DNA of 64,000 nt, taken from the NCBI RefSeq assembly GCF_964188315.1, contig NC_135667.1, positions 12,028,001-12,092,000 on the forward strand, in the 5' to 3' direction. The notes under the pieces were generated by a model. The model had not been told where the DNA came from and ran no database searches. It saw only the letters and a list, made by a program, of their open reading frames with translations. Positions within the stretch are counted from its first letter, which is position 1. Each line of letters opens with the position of its first letter. The stretch comes from Podarcis muralis. Taxonomy: Eukaryota. Of this stretch, positions 22,601-35,100 are shown piece after piece. Both the position numbers and the translations under genes were made by a program.

Positions 22601-25600
22601 CTGGAATCCTAACAACTCTTGAGAATGAATTGCAAAGGATAAAGAGCCATCAATGAAGTTTGCTTTCCATCTACTTTGATGCCCAACTGATGAGAAGTCC
22701 ATCTGGGCTAACATAATCCAGACCTGTCCACTTAACTTCACTGGCATATTCAATTCAAACATGTAAAGTAGTGTTGTCAACATGATAATATTCTTAACAT
22801 CACCATGCAAGATAAACACATTGGCAGTGCTTTCCATTATAACTTGATTACCCTTATTCACCTCTTTCGACATATTTATAATGCCACTGGAAAAGGATAG
22901 GTTGGGGAATCTTACTATGAAGTCAAAGCAGATCCCATTCAAGGAAAAGAGGGGAAGTATGACATTTACAAATCTTTCTCCAGTCTCATCATTCTGAGAG
23001 CAAATTACTCCAATCCACGTCCAGCTAAAAAACAGCAACAATTGGAGGATTCCCCTACATTGATGGTTTTCATTTGGAAACATCCGGTGGAAGAAAACAG
23101 TTTCAGTTACATCATTTATTTTTGGAGTAGCACCATAGGTAAGCTAAGTAAAAGAAAAAGTGTGGCCGAGAAGGAGAGCATGAGCATTTATTTCCACATT
23201 AAATTATACAGATATGATTTCCTGATAACAGTGAAAGCAGAAAAAAAATTATGGTTGGCTGCACATGTCCCATATTAACAATGATTCCAGTCATACACTG
23301 TGTAAAAAGTCACCCATATGTTTTTACCTGAATGAAACAGATTCAATAACAAAGTTTCTACTATGGAGAACATGAAAATAGACCATTGCAGAACATGTAA
23401 CCACCAGGAGGGGTTCCTCCAAATAAGTCAGTGAATGGGAAAGTTCATATGACTGCAAGATGACCCAAGGTTGTAGAAAGAACTGTTTGACCATTGTTAA
23501 ACAGTAGCATATGTATACAGGATATTTTTTAAATAAAAAAATCATATGAATCAATAAACCTTTCCCCCTATTTCATGATTAACTGCAGCATGCAAGTTAT
23601 GCCTTTCTGCAGAGCTTTCCAAACTGTGTGTCACAATAGGTTAGTGAGTTGGCTGCATGGTGTAGGTGTGTTGCATGATATGTGTCCATATCTCTTATAA
23701 GAGGTTGGTTTTACCTCCGGTTTCCTAGTAAAACTGAATTATTTTGTTGCAAAATGATGAACTTTCCAACATGGAAAATTTGGAAAGCTCTGCCTTTCTG
23801 TTTGTATAATACAATTTTATATCCGCAAACCACAAAAAGAGATGTATTAATAAACTCTCATGAGCACATCTTACCTGGGGAATCTTGTAAATACACAGAT
23901 TAGCTGCCATGTGAACACCAACATCAAAACTGGGTCCCCCAATGACTGCTACGGGATTGTACTGGGTGTCACACTTGAAGTTAGGGATGCATTTTCCATG
24001 TGCAGAAAGAAGTTGCATTGAGGCATGATAAGTCCAGCTTGCACTGAAATAGCTATTGTAGATGTGGAATCCCAGGGTTATATTAGATAAGAGCTGCGGA
24101 TTGTCATTAATCTCTTTTACAGCAAATACCAAGGCTACAATGTGCTGGTAGCTCTGAAGCAACATTCTGCAAAGAAAGGCAAAGTGTGCATCATAGATCA
24201 TCTTCTCCAGAATAAGGCATTTATAAGTATGTATCATATCTATTTATTGTTACGAGCATTGGGTGCCTCCCTCTTTCTCTGCCAAGCGGTAGGAAGATTA
24301 AAGGGGGTTCCATGCCCTCACCAAGGGTCTGTGTTCCTTTGGAGAACTGAAATATGGAGGAGAATATCATAGCTTCTCATAAATATGGTTTATTCCCCTA
24401 TTTAAACCTTCAGTGTGCATGGAGGGAGTCCAGATCTTACAGCATGGTCATTTGCAGAGGGCATTGTCCCCCACAACACTGCAGCCTTGGAGTCCAAGGC
24501 ATCTTTCCAAGCCGGCCTTCAGCCAGCCACCCCAAGATGGACCCCAGTCCTTTTCTCTGCCTTCTTCTTCACAGCACACCTTGCTAAAAGCTCTCTTTTC
24601 CTGTCACCTCACACCCAGTTACCCGGACAACCTTCCAACACACACACACCCTGTCTTTGTTCACACCTCAGGGTTGGGGGACGGGGACGGGGACACAGTT
24701 CTCTTGTATTGCCCATGACCCTCAATGACCCTGTATTGTTCCTTAATGACCCTAACTTGGCCAGGTCGTTTTGCATAGGCTGGTTTAGGAATTTCTCTGC
24801 AGCTTGTATTTCTTGCTTCACATCCCAAATAATAAAAATCCTACCATTTAATAATTTTTGGGTTTAGTGGGGGTCCCCCCAAAATCTATAACAATACGTT
24901 TAATTAGTGTACTGCACAAAAATATTATATGGCCACAGTTCAGAGGCGAAGAAACACTTTTAAGGAAGGGGAATGAGTTTAATACTGTTCTTATTTATAT
25001 GCCTAATTTGCAGTTTCCAGAACAGTATATGGACTGAAAACTCGACATAATTTGAATTTTGAATATATCCAAATTTTATAGTGTACTTCTGTATCCAAGT
25101 AATGTGCATAAAAATGCATATACTAGCATAAATATTTTATAGTTTTATGATGTTTTAAATATATCAATGCACACTGTTTTTATATTTTTATGAGTTGGCA
25201 GTTTATAAGTATTCTTACAAATATATAAATACAATTAAAAATGCTTTTGTTGCTTTACAAAGTATCAAAATTGGATGCTCCTGTTTGATTTTAATAGGAG
25301 GGGGTACAGTGACCATTCATAAGGAAGAGTACAGAGCTGATATACTGGGAACCTAGATTGCATCCGTGGAAAGGTGGAATTGTAAAAAAAGAATTATTTT
25401 TACAGATGTACGGTATATCTGTTTTTTTAAAGAAGAAGAAGATGAAGAAGAAATGAAATTCTTACAAATAATCATTAAAGCGTTCATCAGAAGGATGTCG
25501 TTCAAAGGTTATTTCATCAGAAAAAATGTAGAACTGAGAAACGATGCCTGTAATGATGAGGTCTCCTGACTGATAATACTTGTGACGAACAGAGAGAGGG

Positions 25601-25713
25601 TAGTTGATGTTGCATTTATTAACAGGAGTATTGCATGACATCAGAGGCAGCAAAACTGATAGCCACACAAAGAACAATATCTTCACCCATGAAAATGTCT
25701 TACTGAATGTCAT
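19060..25713 (-). CDS. V2R-3: V2R ectodomain-only unit (exons 1-5 open, no 7TM exon 6); truncated gene or pseudogene
   Basis: Exons 25713 (or 25728)-25466, 24166-23875, 23143-22283, 19563-19336 and 19186-19060 are all open with GT-AG sites. No 7TM exon lies between 19059 and the V2R-2 ATG at 17806. Confidence 0.8.
19638..19686. repeat. (TTA)n microsatellite
   Basis: Read directly; it explains the poly-Ile pseudo-ORF 19625-19810. Confidence 0.95.
20500..22238 (-). mobile_element. 5'-truncated L2 LINE (RT ORF) in intron 3 of V2R-3
   Basis: ORF 21836-20601 has [33 protein letters not shown] and YADD. An upstream piece ([14 protein letters not shown]) is frameshifted near 21860. It has a (TAA)n tail and a TSD close to ATATAATA. 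It is absent at the paralogous site of V2R-4 (about 35550). Confidence 0.94.
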
Positions 25714-27233
25714 TTTCTCTATTTCCATATCAACATTCACATGTCCTTGAGCAGCACAGTCTGATTTGAATGGAGATCCATTGGACTTATTGCAGTGAAG
25801 GCTTATTCAGTGAAAAGTATCAGCGATAGTCTGTCTTACAAAATGCTGATTCTCACTAGTCCTGTTTCTTCATGGAAAAGTCTATATTAATGGTTGTGTT
25901 ATGTCCTGCTAGTTGTTTTCCTGTGGTTATCAGAGGTCCGCTGAGATTTGAAAATGTAGTGGAATAAATTGTGATGAACTTGATCATTACAGAGGAGATA
26001 ACATCTTACTCAGAATTGCAGGTTCTCTGAGACATGGCAGAGGAAAACATGCTTATCACATCCCAGCGGACGTTGCTTCCCGTTCTCCTCATTGGGGCAG
26101 CAAGTGATACAGGAATTTGCATTGCTAACTTCTTTTTACCCAGACTGCATCAGAACCAGAATATTGTTTGCAACGCATTTTTGGAAAGTGGAGATTTTGG
26201 AGGCAAAAAACCCATTCAGCAAATAGGACTAGAGCAGGACACTTGGGCAATGGTCTCCTTCCTGCCACTGTATGTATCACAAGCAGCATAGACCCAGCAT
26301 TCGATGTGATTGTGCCAGGCCCAGCAATTCCATATGTAGAACATAGCTATCAAAATGTTGAATGTGATCATCTGAATGTGTCTGTCTGTAGGCAATAAAA
26401 GAGCTTGAGAAAGAGAACTGTCACTGTCTAGGAGAGGTTGTAAATCTCTGATGTTGTGTTGAACTGTTTTTACTTGGGAGCTGTATGTGATTTCTAGTGG
26501 TGTTCTGTTATTTTCTCTTTTGAGTCTGTCTTAACTTGCTGCAAGACAGACCCAAAAGAGAAAAAGCTCTGGGAGGAAGACCTTTCATTGCCTACAGACA
26601 GCCACCCAATCTTAAACAACTCCTCACCCACAATAATACAGCAACCAGACTTAACATGGACACTGGCCTGCAATAAACCCAGATGCCAACTTTGCTACCA
26701 CATACACCCATCACTGGCCCAACAACATCACTGGGCCCAAAAACATACCATCTCAGGCTTATTTAATCGCTCATCTTCTAACATTGTGTATGCCATCAAA
26801 TGCCAGCAGTGCCCTTCCGCTCCTGTATTGGACAAACAGGCCAAACCCTACACCAAAGGATAAATGGACATAAATCTGACATCAGAAATCACAAGACAGA
26901 GAAGCCAGTAGGAGAAAAATTCAGTCTCCCAGGACATTCAATACAGGATCTCAAAGCAGCTGTCTTGTTACAAAATAATTTCAGAAATAGACTTGAAAGA
27001 GAAGTTGCTGAATTACAACTTATTACAAAACTGAAAACGATGGAGAGACCTGGTTTGAATAGAGATATTGGATTCTTGTCTCATTACATATGCTAAAACT
27101 AATTTTGGTTATCTGCATACTATCTCATGCTTTTTCCTGTAGGAGTAATTACAGTCGTTAACAGTTGTCAACAGTCAAAACAAAAAAAAAATTCCTTCCA
27201 GTAGCACCTTAAAGACCAACTAAGTTAGCTCTT

Positions 27234-27273
27234 GGTATGAGCTTTCGTGTGCATGAACACTTCTTCAGATACC
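27234..27273 (-). ncRNA. Minimal type I hammerhead ribozyme motif (Penelope-type)
   Basis: The minus strand reads GGTAT-CTGAAGA-AGTGT TCATGC ACAC-GAAA-GC-TC-ATACC. Stem I is GGTAT/ATACC, the core CUGANGA and GAAA are intact, stem II is GTGT/ACAC, palindromic AGCT replaces stem III, and the cleavage triplet is CUC. Confidence 0.7.
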
Positions 27274-27469
27274 AGTTGTCAACAGGTTTACCATACCCAT
27301 TGAGTCAATCACCCATCTCCTACTACCCTTCTGAGAAAAAACCCACCCCACCTCACCCTCCCATTCTGTATAAGGGTCTGGTGACTTCTGTTTCAGTGTA
27401 ACTGAAGAATTGTGTGCACATGAAAGCTTATACCCAGAAACTTAGTTGGTCTCTAAGGTGCTACTGGAC

Positions 27470-27470
<1 letters not shown>

Positions 27471-27521
<51 letters not shown>

Positions 27522-27523
27522 TT
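27471..27523. repeat. (TTTA)n microsatellite within the Penelope tail
   Basis: Read directly from the sequence. Confidence 0.9.
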
Positions 27524-28252
27524 TCGACTGCATTGGACCAACACGGCTATCTACAGCTATCTACCTGAATCTAGAAACTTGCAACGTAAAACTAACACGA
27601 TTTTCCTGGTTTTGAAAAAGGTCCTCAAGGGTAGGGATAGTAGCCACTGAACACTCAGCCAATAGACTATCACCTGGCTCCAACTAGGAAAGAAAAAAAG
27701 GCTGCAGGAACAAAGCATGGGAGAATGAAGTGTTGAAGGATCATTCATTCAAGGTTGCTTCAGAACAGAAATAAAAGAAACTTGCAATGTAAAACTCACA
27801 CGATTTCCCCAGTTTTAAAAAAAGTCTGTTTGTTTTCTGGGAGCAAATAGCACAGAAATGGGCACCAAACTTTTGCTTTATTCTGCTAGGTTTTGGGAAG
27901 TGGTTTTTACATTACACTGACTGTGTTGCCTATGGCTGGTCCACAAGTTCTCCATTCATGTTCTAAGCATAAAACAATATATAATAATTATCAATAACAC
28001 AAGTTGAACCAGCAACACTTAAAAGCCACTTGGCTTGCTGTTGGGAAAAGAAAAGAGAGATCTCAGCAGGAATCTAAAGCAGCATAGTGAGTATACCTGC
28101 CTTACGTTACAAATGAAATTGATAGAATTTCATAGTATATTAACTAACCCATTGTGGCAGATAACATTTGGCATGGAGGGGACTGCCAGCTGAGCTCTGA
28201 TGGTTCAGGACATCTGAAATTGGCAGTGAGGCTGCTGCTTTAAAAATCCTCC

Positions 28253-28680
28253 ATGGACCCAGAAGTCTTGAAAACCTATAGGCCAGTTGCAAATGTCCAT
28301 TTCTTGAGCGATGTTCTCCAGCAGATGATTGCTAACGAGCTAGAGGCAATAAAATTCAGGGTGCAGGCCTGGTTTTGTCCTAAGACTATCTTGGCCACCC
28401 AGTATGGTGATCTATGTGGGGAAGGAGACAGTGGGAACATGTTCCTGTTTATTCTGCTTGACCTTTCAGTGACTTTTAATACCATCAACCATGGCATCCT
28501 ACTGGGGAGACTATCTGTGCTAGTAGTAGTGTGCATTGTTTCGCAATGGTTCTACTCTTACTTGAATTTTCAACTCCAGAAAGTGGTGCCTGTGGGTTTT
28601 TACTTGGCCCAATTGAGACTCCAGTGTGGAGTTACTCAAAGTTTGAGTTCATCTCCCCTGCTGTTAGCATCAAAATGAAA
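28253..28680 (+). mobile_element. Old degenerate L2 RT fragment
   Basis: Translation TYRPVANVHFL...ILLDLSVTFNTINHGILLGRL resembles L2 RT motifs. Confidence 0.7.
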
Positions 28681-29176
28681 CCACCAAGCAGGGTCATCTG
28701 GAATTCCGGAGTGTGTTTCATCAGGATGCTCATGACCAGAGCCCATGAGGCAGACTGAAGCACTTTCCTTACCTCAGAGGGCAGAAGTACAAGAGTTGTC
28801 ACTCTGCCCACCCCACCAAGGTGGGGGAAAAAATCAGATTGCTCCCACACATGCATAGAAGTTTGGACTACTGTGCACTAACTGTTTCAAGCTATGAGTG
28901 TTGGATTGACCTGTTCTAGCATTTTTCTAAAAGGCAAGAAAAGAAGCACTACCAGGCAGAGGCAATGTGGCAGACCACAGATATCTCATAAATGGATCCA
29001 CAGGGCTCTGATTTTTGAAGTGGACTCAGGATCCAATGGAATCAGATGAATCCACTGTAGAATCCACCTTCTGTGGAACCCTCTTCCACCCCTCAGCTTC
29101 TGGGAATCTTACAAAGAAATTGGGCAGGTTTTTATATCATAGGCAAAGTCAACTACTAGAATTTGTTTAGCTTGTG

Positions 29177-32100
29177 CTACTTTCTTCTTATTAACATATC
29201 TTTGTTGTTCAGCTCAGGCCTCAGGATAAGGATATAGCATTTGGGGGAAAAGATGCAGCCCAGTAAGCCAGCACTGGAGGTCAAGATGGAGAAGATCTCA
29301 ACTGCCACCATGTATTTTCCCTTTGTGCTCAAGTAGGTTGGAATGAAGGACAGCCAAACACTGCAGAAGACCAACATGCTGAAGGTGATGAACTTGGCTT
29401 CATTGAAACTGTCTGGCAATTTCCTGGCTAGGAAAGCCACAGTGAAGCTGACAAAGGCAAGTACACCCATGAAACCCAGGACGGAGTAAAACATGGTGAC
29501 AGACCCTTCATTGCATTCCACTATAATTTCTTCAGGCATGGAGTTCATGTCAGATTCTGGGAATGGAGGAGAGGTTGCAAGCCATACACTGCATATTGTG
29601 GCTTGATTAAGAGTGCAGGAAAGAACAATGGAAAAAGCCAGTCTATTGCCCACCCACTTCCTCATCCTGGACCCAGGCTTGGTGGCCATGAAAGCCAGAA
29701 ACACTATGATGGTTTTGGCCAAAACGGAAGAGACAGCAACTGAGAAGATGACACCAAACATGGTTTGTCGAAGGAGACACATCACCGTCTGAGGTTTCCC
29801 AATGAAAAACAGAGGGCAAAGGAAACAGAGCAGGAGGGAGATGAGGAGAGTGTAGGTGAGGTCCCGGTTGTTGGCTTTGACTATGGGAGTGTCCTTATGC
29901 TGAATGAAGACCCAAAGCACCAAAGTTGTGATGGAAGAAAAGGAAAGTGCCAGAATGGCCAAACTGGTCCCCAAAGGTTCTTCATAAGACAAGAAGCTAA
30001 TACTTTTGGGAATGCAGGAATCTTTGTTGATATTTGGATATTGTCCTTCTGGACATAGAAAGCAGTCCGCCATGTCTGAAAAAGATAGAAATCTTTATTG
30101 TACATAGAACAATAGGTAAAAAACAATGCTATCCAGGTTTGTAAATACTGCAGAGAGAATAATTGGGTGCACTCTTCCCACCTTAGATCAAATCTATGCT
30201 GCCAGGTGCCATAAGAAAGCGGCAGAGAGAGCACAGGATAGTACGCACCCGGAAATGATCTCTTTCAGCTTCTGCCTTCTAGAAGAAGGTATAGGGTTAT
30301 AAAGGCCAGGACTAGCCGCCTGAGAAACAGTTTCTACGCAATGCAATTCTGGTTCTAAACGCAGCATAAGGGGTCTCTATAGTATAGTGTATTTTAAAAT
30401 GGGGTTTCAGAGTTTTTAGGGGTTTTTGAATGTTTTATGTAGTTTTGTAGTAGTTTTATGTAGTTTTTATGTAGTTTTATGTAGTTTTATGTCGTTTTTC
30501 AATTTCATTGTTCTGCATGGGACAATGACAATAAAGATATCCATCTATCAAAACCCCAAGTTGTAGCTTACTATAATAATCAACCTGGTTGAACAAAATC
30601 TGCAAGAGACATGTGCCATCTCAATAGGGCTCTATAAGCAAGTGTGTTCCAAAAGCAACCAATGGTGTAGATCTCCTTTAATCAAAGGAAATTCAACCAA
30701 GCACTGAAGCTGCCTCTCTTAGCAGAGAGCAAATGCACTGTAGACGTGCTAGACTAGAGGTGTTGAGACTGAACTGTGTCTATCCTAAAAGAAATGTCCT
30801 ATCAGCCTTGAAGCTCACTGAGTTATCTTACACCCACAACTATATTTCAGACTAAACTACCTCAAACACTGTAAAGATGTTGGACTAGAAGTGTGAGACT
30901 AGAACATATGGTGCAGGTTCTTGGGTGGATCCAGTGCCTCTGAGGTTTGATCATCATTTCCCTGGCACTGCCCCTTGAGTGTGACAGTCTCTGCCCCATA
31001 GATATATTGCCAACAGAAGCTTCGTAGGAATCATCCTTACTTTCTTTCAGATGTCTTTTAAAACTGTATTGTTCAGACAGACCTTTGGAATGTGATTTTT
31101 TAAACCCAACCAATTCTCATTTATATGTTTCTGGTGTTTGCGTGGACAGGCGGAGTCCCCAGATCCTGCACGGTCCCCCCGTCATGTGGAATAACGACTC
31201 AAGACAACGTGCTATGGGATTAAATTGGCCACAACTTTATTAAATTTCAAATGTGGGTAGACCTTGGCTCAGGCATTGGGCGTTCTCCCTCCCCGGTCCC
31301 CAGCCAGGGACCTAGGGAGCATGAGGGTTATCCAGTGTGTGTGTGGGGGGGGATGGGCCGGCTCTGGAGAACATATGTTCAAGCAGAGATAGCCGCCCCC
31401 GTAACGCCGCCGCTGCAGGGGAGAGCAATGGCGACCTTTCGGTGTACGGCGAAAGCCTCCCTTCAGAAAACCCCTTTAACGGGGAACCCTGGTATCGCCG
31501 CCGCAAAGAGGAAGATGGACAAAAGGATTCCGCCCAAGGCCACCAAAGTTGTGACATTTTGCTACGGGAAAGGCGAAACCTGCCAATGCAGGGAAATTCC
31601 TTTCCGGCCCTTTAACAGCGACCTTAACGTAGCAGCACCCGCATACCTGTGAAGAAAAGTTAACCTGCAAAACCTGTGAAGAAAAGTTAACCTGCAAAAT
31701 AAGACATTAACTGAGGGTGGGTAGGGTGGGAGAAGCTCTGGAGCCAAGTGAGGATTCCCAGGTAAGATCCTCCCTCTATTATGTGGGCAGGTAATCCCTC
31801 CCCTACCTGGCCTGGTCTCCTTGGCAACGCTTCCCCCAGGTGGGATTGGACAACTGACTGAGGTAGGCGGAGACCTCCAGGTATCCCACCTGAGGGAAGG
31901 CAAAGCCAAGCCTATGCTGTTGGAGCCGCTCCAGATCTAGGGGCTGCACGCGTCCACGCAAAGGGCGCCCCCCGTTTTAAGCGGGGAGCGGTCATTATGC
32001 TGCTATCAATGTAGTGTGTTTTATTAAGAATGTATTTATATATTATGTTGCAAACTGACTTCTTATATTTTCTTTGAAAGTGCAGTTATACATAAGCAAA

Positions 32101-35100
32101 AAGATGAAATAAAACTAACCCCCCAAATCTATGCATTGTTGTACATTAGTTTGAAACCTGGGGTCAGATCATTTCATATAGGCATTTGAAGAGATAAATT
32201 TCCACTAAGTTTGGTTAGAGCATAATCAGGCATATTTTTTCAGGCAGAACTCTGGAACTGAATTCTGGCACCTCTCTGGTGGGCATCACTGCAATTCTAA
32301 GAGAACAAGGGAGGTATTCATGGTGAGTTATGGCACCTTTTTTTCTGGAAAAATAATACTGAGTATAATATTTTTCATTATTTCCACCAAGCTGTTGAAT
32401 TGACCACTAATAGTTAAACATGAGCATATCACTAGGGACTCATCTACACTGGTCAGTTAAAATGTTAAAAATGTGTTATAAAAATGTGACACTAGAGGGT
32501 GCTGTAGAGCACCGATCCATCCTCAATGGAAAATTGCATTCAGAGCTATATTACGGTGGATTGCTTTTTGTAGCTTTTTTACAAATCAGTGTAGATCCAG
32601 CCTAGGTGTATCAAACTATAACCTCATATCAGTAAACTCTACCCCTTTAGGATTCTAAACCACTTTTATGACAAAAGGGAAAGGAATATAAGCTGATAAT
32701 CTTAGTAAAGGCATCCCTTACCCTTTTCATTGGATATCTTTCCTTCTGGACACGGGAGGCAATCATAGCAGCAAAATTGTTCACCTTCTTTCTTGGTCTT
32801 ACGATAGCCCAAATGGCAATTGTCATTACATGTAGAAAGAGGTACTGCCTGGCCATAGAGGAAAGAGATAAATATGTAAGGATTCAGAAAATATATATTA
32901 GGAATTGGCATCTAACAGTCATTTCAAAAATGTTTGATCCTCGCATGAAATAACAGTGCTGCTATTGTCAAGGGTACCTGTAGGTATGCAATGGGCTATT
33001 GGCCCTCCCCTGTTGGTGAACTTTGTTGAGAATGTGACAAATGTCTTGCATACTTTCTGATGGATTAGCCCACTGTATTATGCACTGGATCTCAGCAAAA
33101 TTGAGTTTGGCATAATCTTTATTGATAGTTGCTCTTTCACTAATTTTTGCTTATTTTTTGATAGTGTTATTGTGTTTTGCAACTCCTATACATGAAAACT
33201 AGAAAGTATGTTCTCCTGATAGCTATGTGACTCAGTTTTAGGTGATTGTACACAGAAGTGCAGCCTTAGCTTATTATGCCAAGTATAGTGATACCTTAGG
33301 TTACAGACGCTTCAGGTTACAGACTCTGCTAAACCAGAAATAGTACCTCAGGTTAAGAACTTTGCTTCAGGATGAGAACAGAAATTGTGCAGTGAAATTG
33401 TGCAGCAGTGGGAGGCCCCATTAGCTAAAGTAGTACTCCAGGTTAAGAAAAGTTTCAGGTTAAGAACGGACCTCCAGAACAAATTACGTTCTTAACCCGA
33501 GGTACCACTGTAAACTGATTCAATGTTTTGAGAGATGTAGATTTGAGTTGAAAACATTGTTTTGAATGGGCTGGACCTAGCCAACAGAATACAGATTCCC
33601 TATTCAGGTATCAAAGCTCCTCTTCCGGATGAATGAATAAACAGATATTAGGTCATGGTAGGCTCTGCCTCCAGCTGTGTTTGAAGAGAAACACCTAATT
33701 GCAACATGCTTCTGTGAATAGAAACATGCATATGGAAGACAGGAAACTTCTTTCTCAGGGTTCATGATTGTGTGGTACCCTAACAATATGTGAGTATTTA
33801 TACAGATGAATGGGATGCTGCAGACATGCATTTCAATGTGTTGACAATAGGACAGGGAAGCCTGCCACTGCTCACCATCTTCAAGTTTGCTCTATGCATA
33901 GAGAGGAAAGTCAGTGCCTGACTAAGTCTTGGCAAGTCTTAACATTCTTGGGTCTCAAGAATGTCTTGATGTATCTGAGTTGCAATCAACTCAGAAATTT
34001 AACAGCCTCATTTGTTACCACCACTACCCTTCTAGTGATGCTCCATGTGTTGGACAGAGTGTCTCTGATTGTATCAATTGGTGGAAGGACATGTGTAGTA
34101 GCATTTTCTCAGCCAGTGCAATGACACATCTTCCCTCTCCATGCTGTACTTCAGTCTTAAAAGAGGGAAAACACACAGCCTCATTTTGGTTGAAGCAATT
34201 TGGCAAATCACAACCATTTCCAGAAAAAAAAGTAGGCTTGATCAAGTTGCCAGAATGACATAGCTTTCTATTGCATAGCCACAAGGTAATAAACAAGCTA
34301 GGACTGAAGGCAGAATAGATGTCTGTAGCTGGAAACAACCATGTGTTTCTCCTTTTCTCTCGGTGTACTATACAGGGAAAGAGAATCTTACATAATCTAT
34401 TTACCCAATTTTGCAATGATTACTTTTGTGCGTGATATTTGGTAGCAGAGACCTATTTTTTTGAATATTCAATGGTCCAATGCACCCCAAAAGACACATA
34501 GACCTTACCTGGTTGAAACTCTTAGACCACACAATAGAATCCTCACAAATGTTGAACACTTTATCTGGAGCAGCCTGTGGGTCTATCCTTCCAATTTTGA
34601 CTTTAAGAAAGGACTGGTTGGGGAATACAATCCAGTTTATAATATCAAATCCAGCTCCTATTTCCCCATTTTGGTCAAAATAAACTTCTTCATTCACACT
34701 GTTGTTAAATGAAATTCTCCTGAGATACTGGTGGACCTTTAAAAATATTAAAAGAGAAAAAAACCCATTCATAATTATGTACCAAGTGGTGTGAGTACAC
34801 TTTGACTAGTAACAGTGCTGTCATTTTTTTTTGTAATCAACTTCCTTGAGAATCTTGGACAACAGAAAAAGTAGTAATAAAATTTTAAAATTACACAGAT
34901 GTGGAAACAATTAGAGATACTTTTTTCCTTTCTTCTCTAATATCATTAAAACCCTGGATCAACTAATGAAGTTGAATGTTGTTCTATTCAAGACAGATAA
35001 GCAAAAGTATTTCCTCCACAAATACAAAGGAATTCATAATCAAATGTTTTGGGAATTGACACAACTGAAAAAGCTTGAAACGGGGACAGGTCTACTTTGG

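Larger units (their letters stand above)
26400..27570 (+). mobile_element. 5'-truncated Penelope-like retroelement (GIY-YIG endonuclease), internally rearranged
   Basis: Frameshifted ...SSNIVYAIKCQQCP / IGQTGQTLHQRINGHKSDIRNHKTEKPVG...LEREVAELQLITKL (26588-27096). The upstream linker reads GGRPFIAYRQPPNLKQLL. A Penelope-type terminus lies at 27400-27470 and an inverted segment at 26400-26532. Confidence 0.88.
18194..28253 (-). repeat. Segmental duplication (V2R-3 unit), paralogous to 30698-40598 (V2R-4 unit)
   Basis: Colinear homology by eye of introns, exons and 5' flank (e.g. 18194-18345 vs 30698-30855; 27625-28250 vs 39964-40598), with copy-specific TE insertions. Confidence 0.9.

Noticed and set aside
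24290-24870. V2R-3-specific intron 1 segment with 100-150 aa ORFs and a G-quadruplex-like run (24671-24692)
   Set aside because: No recognisable protein similarity or TE termini. A single G4 motif is common and uninformative.
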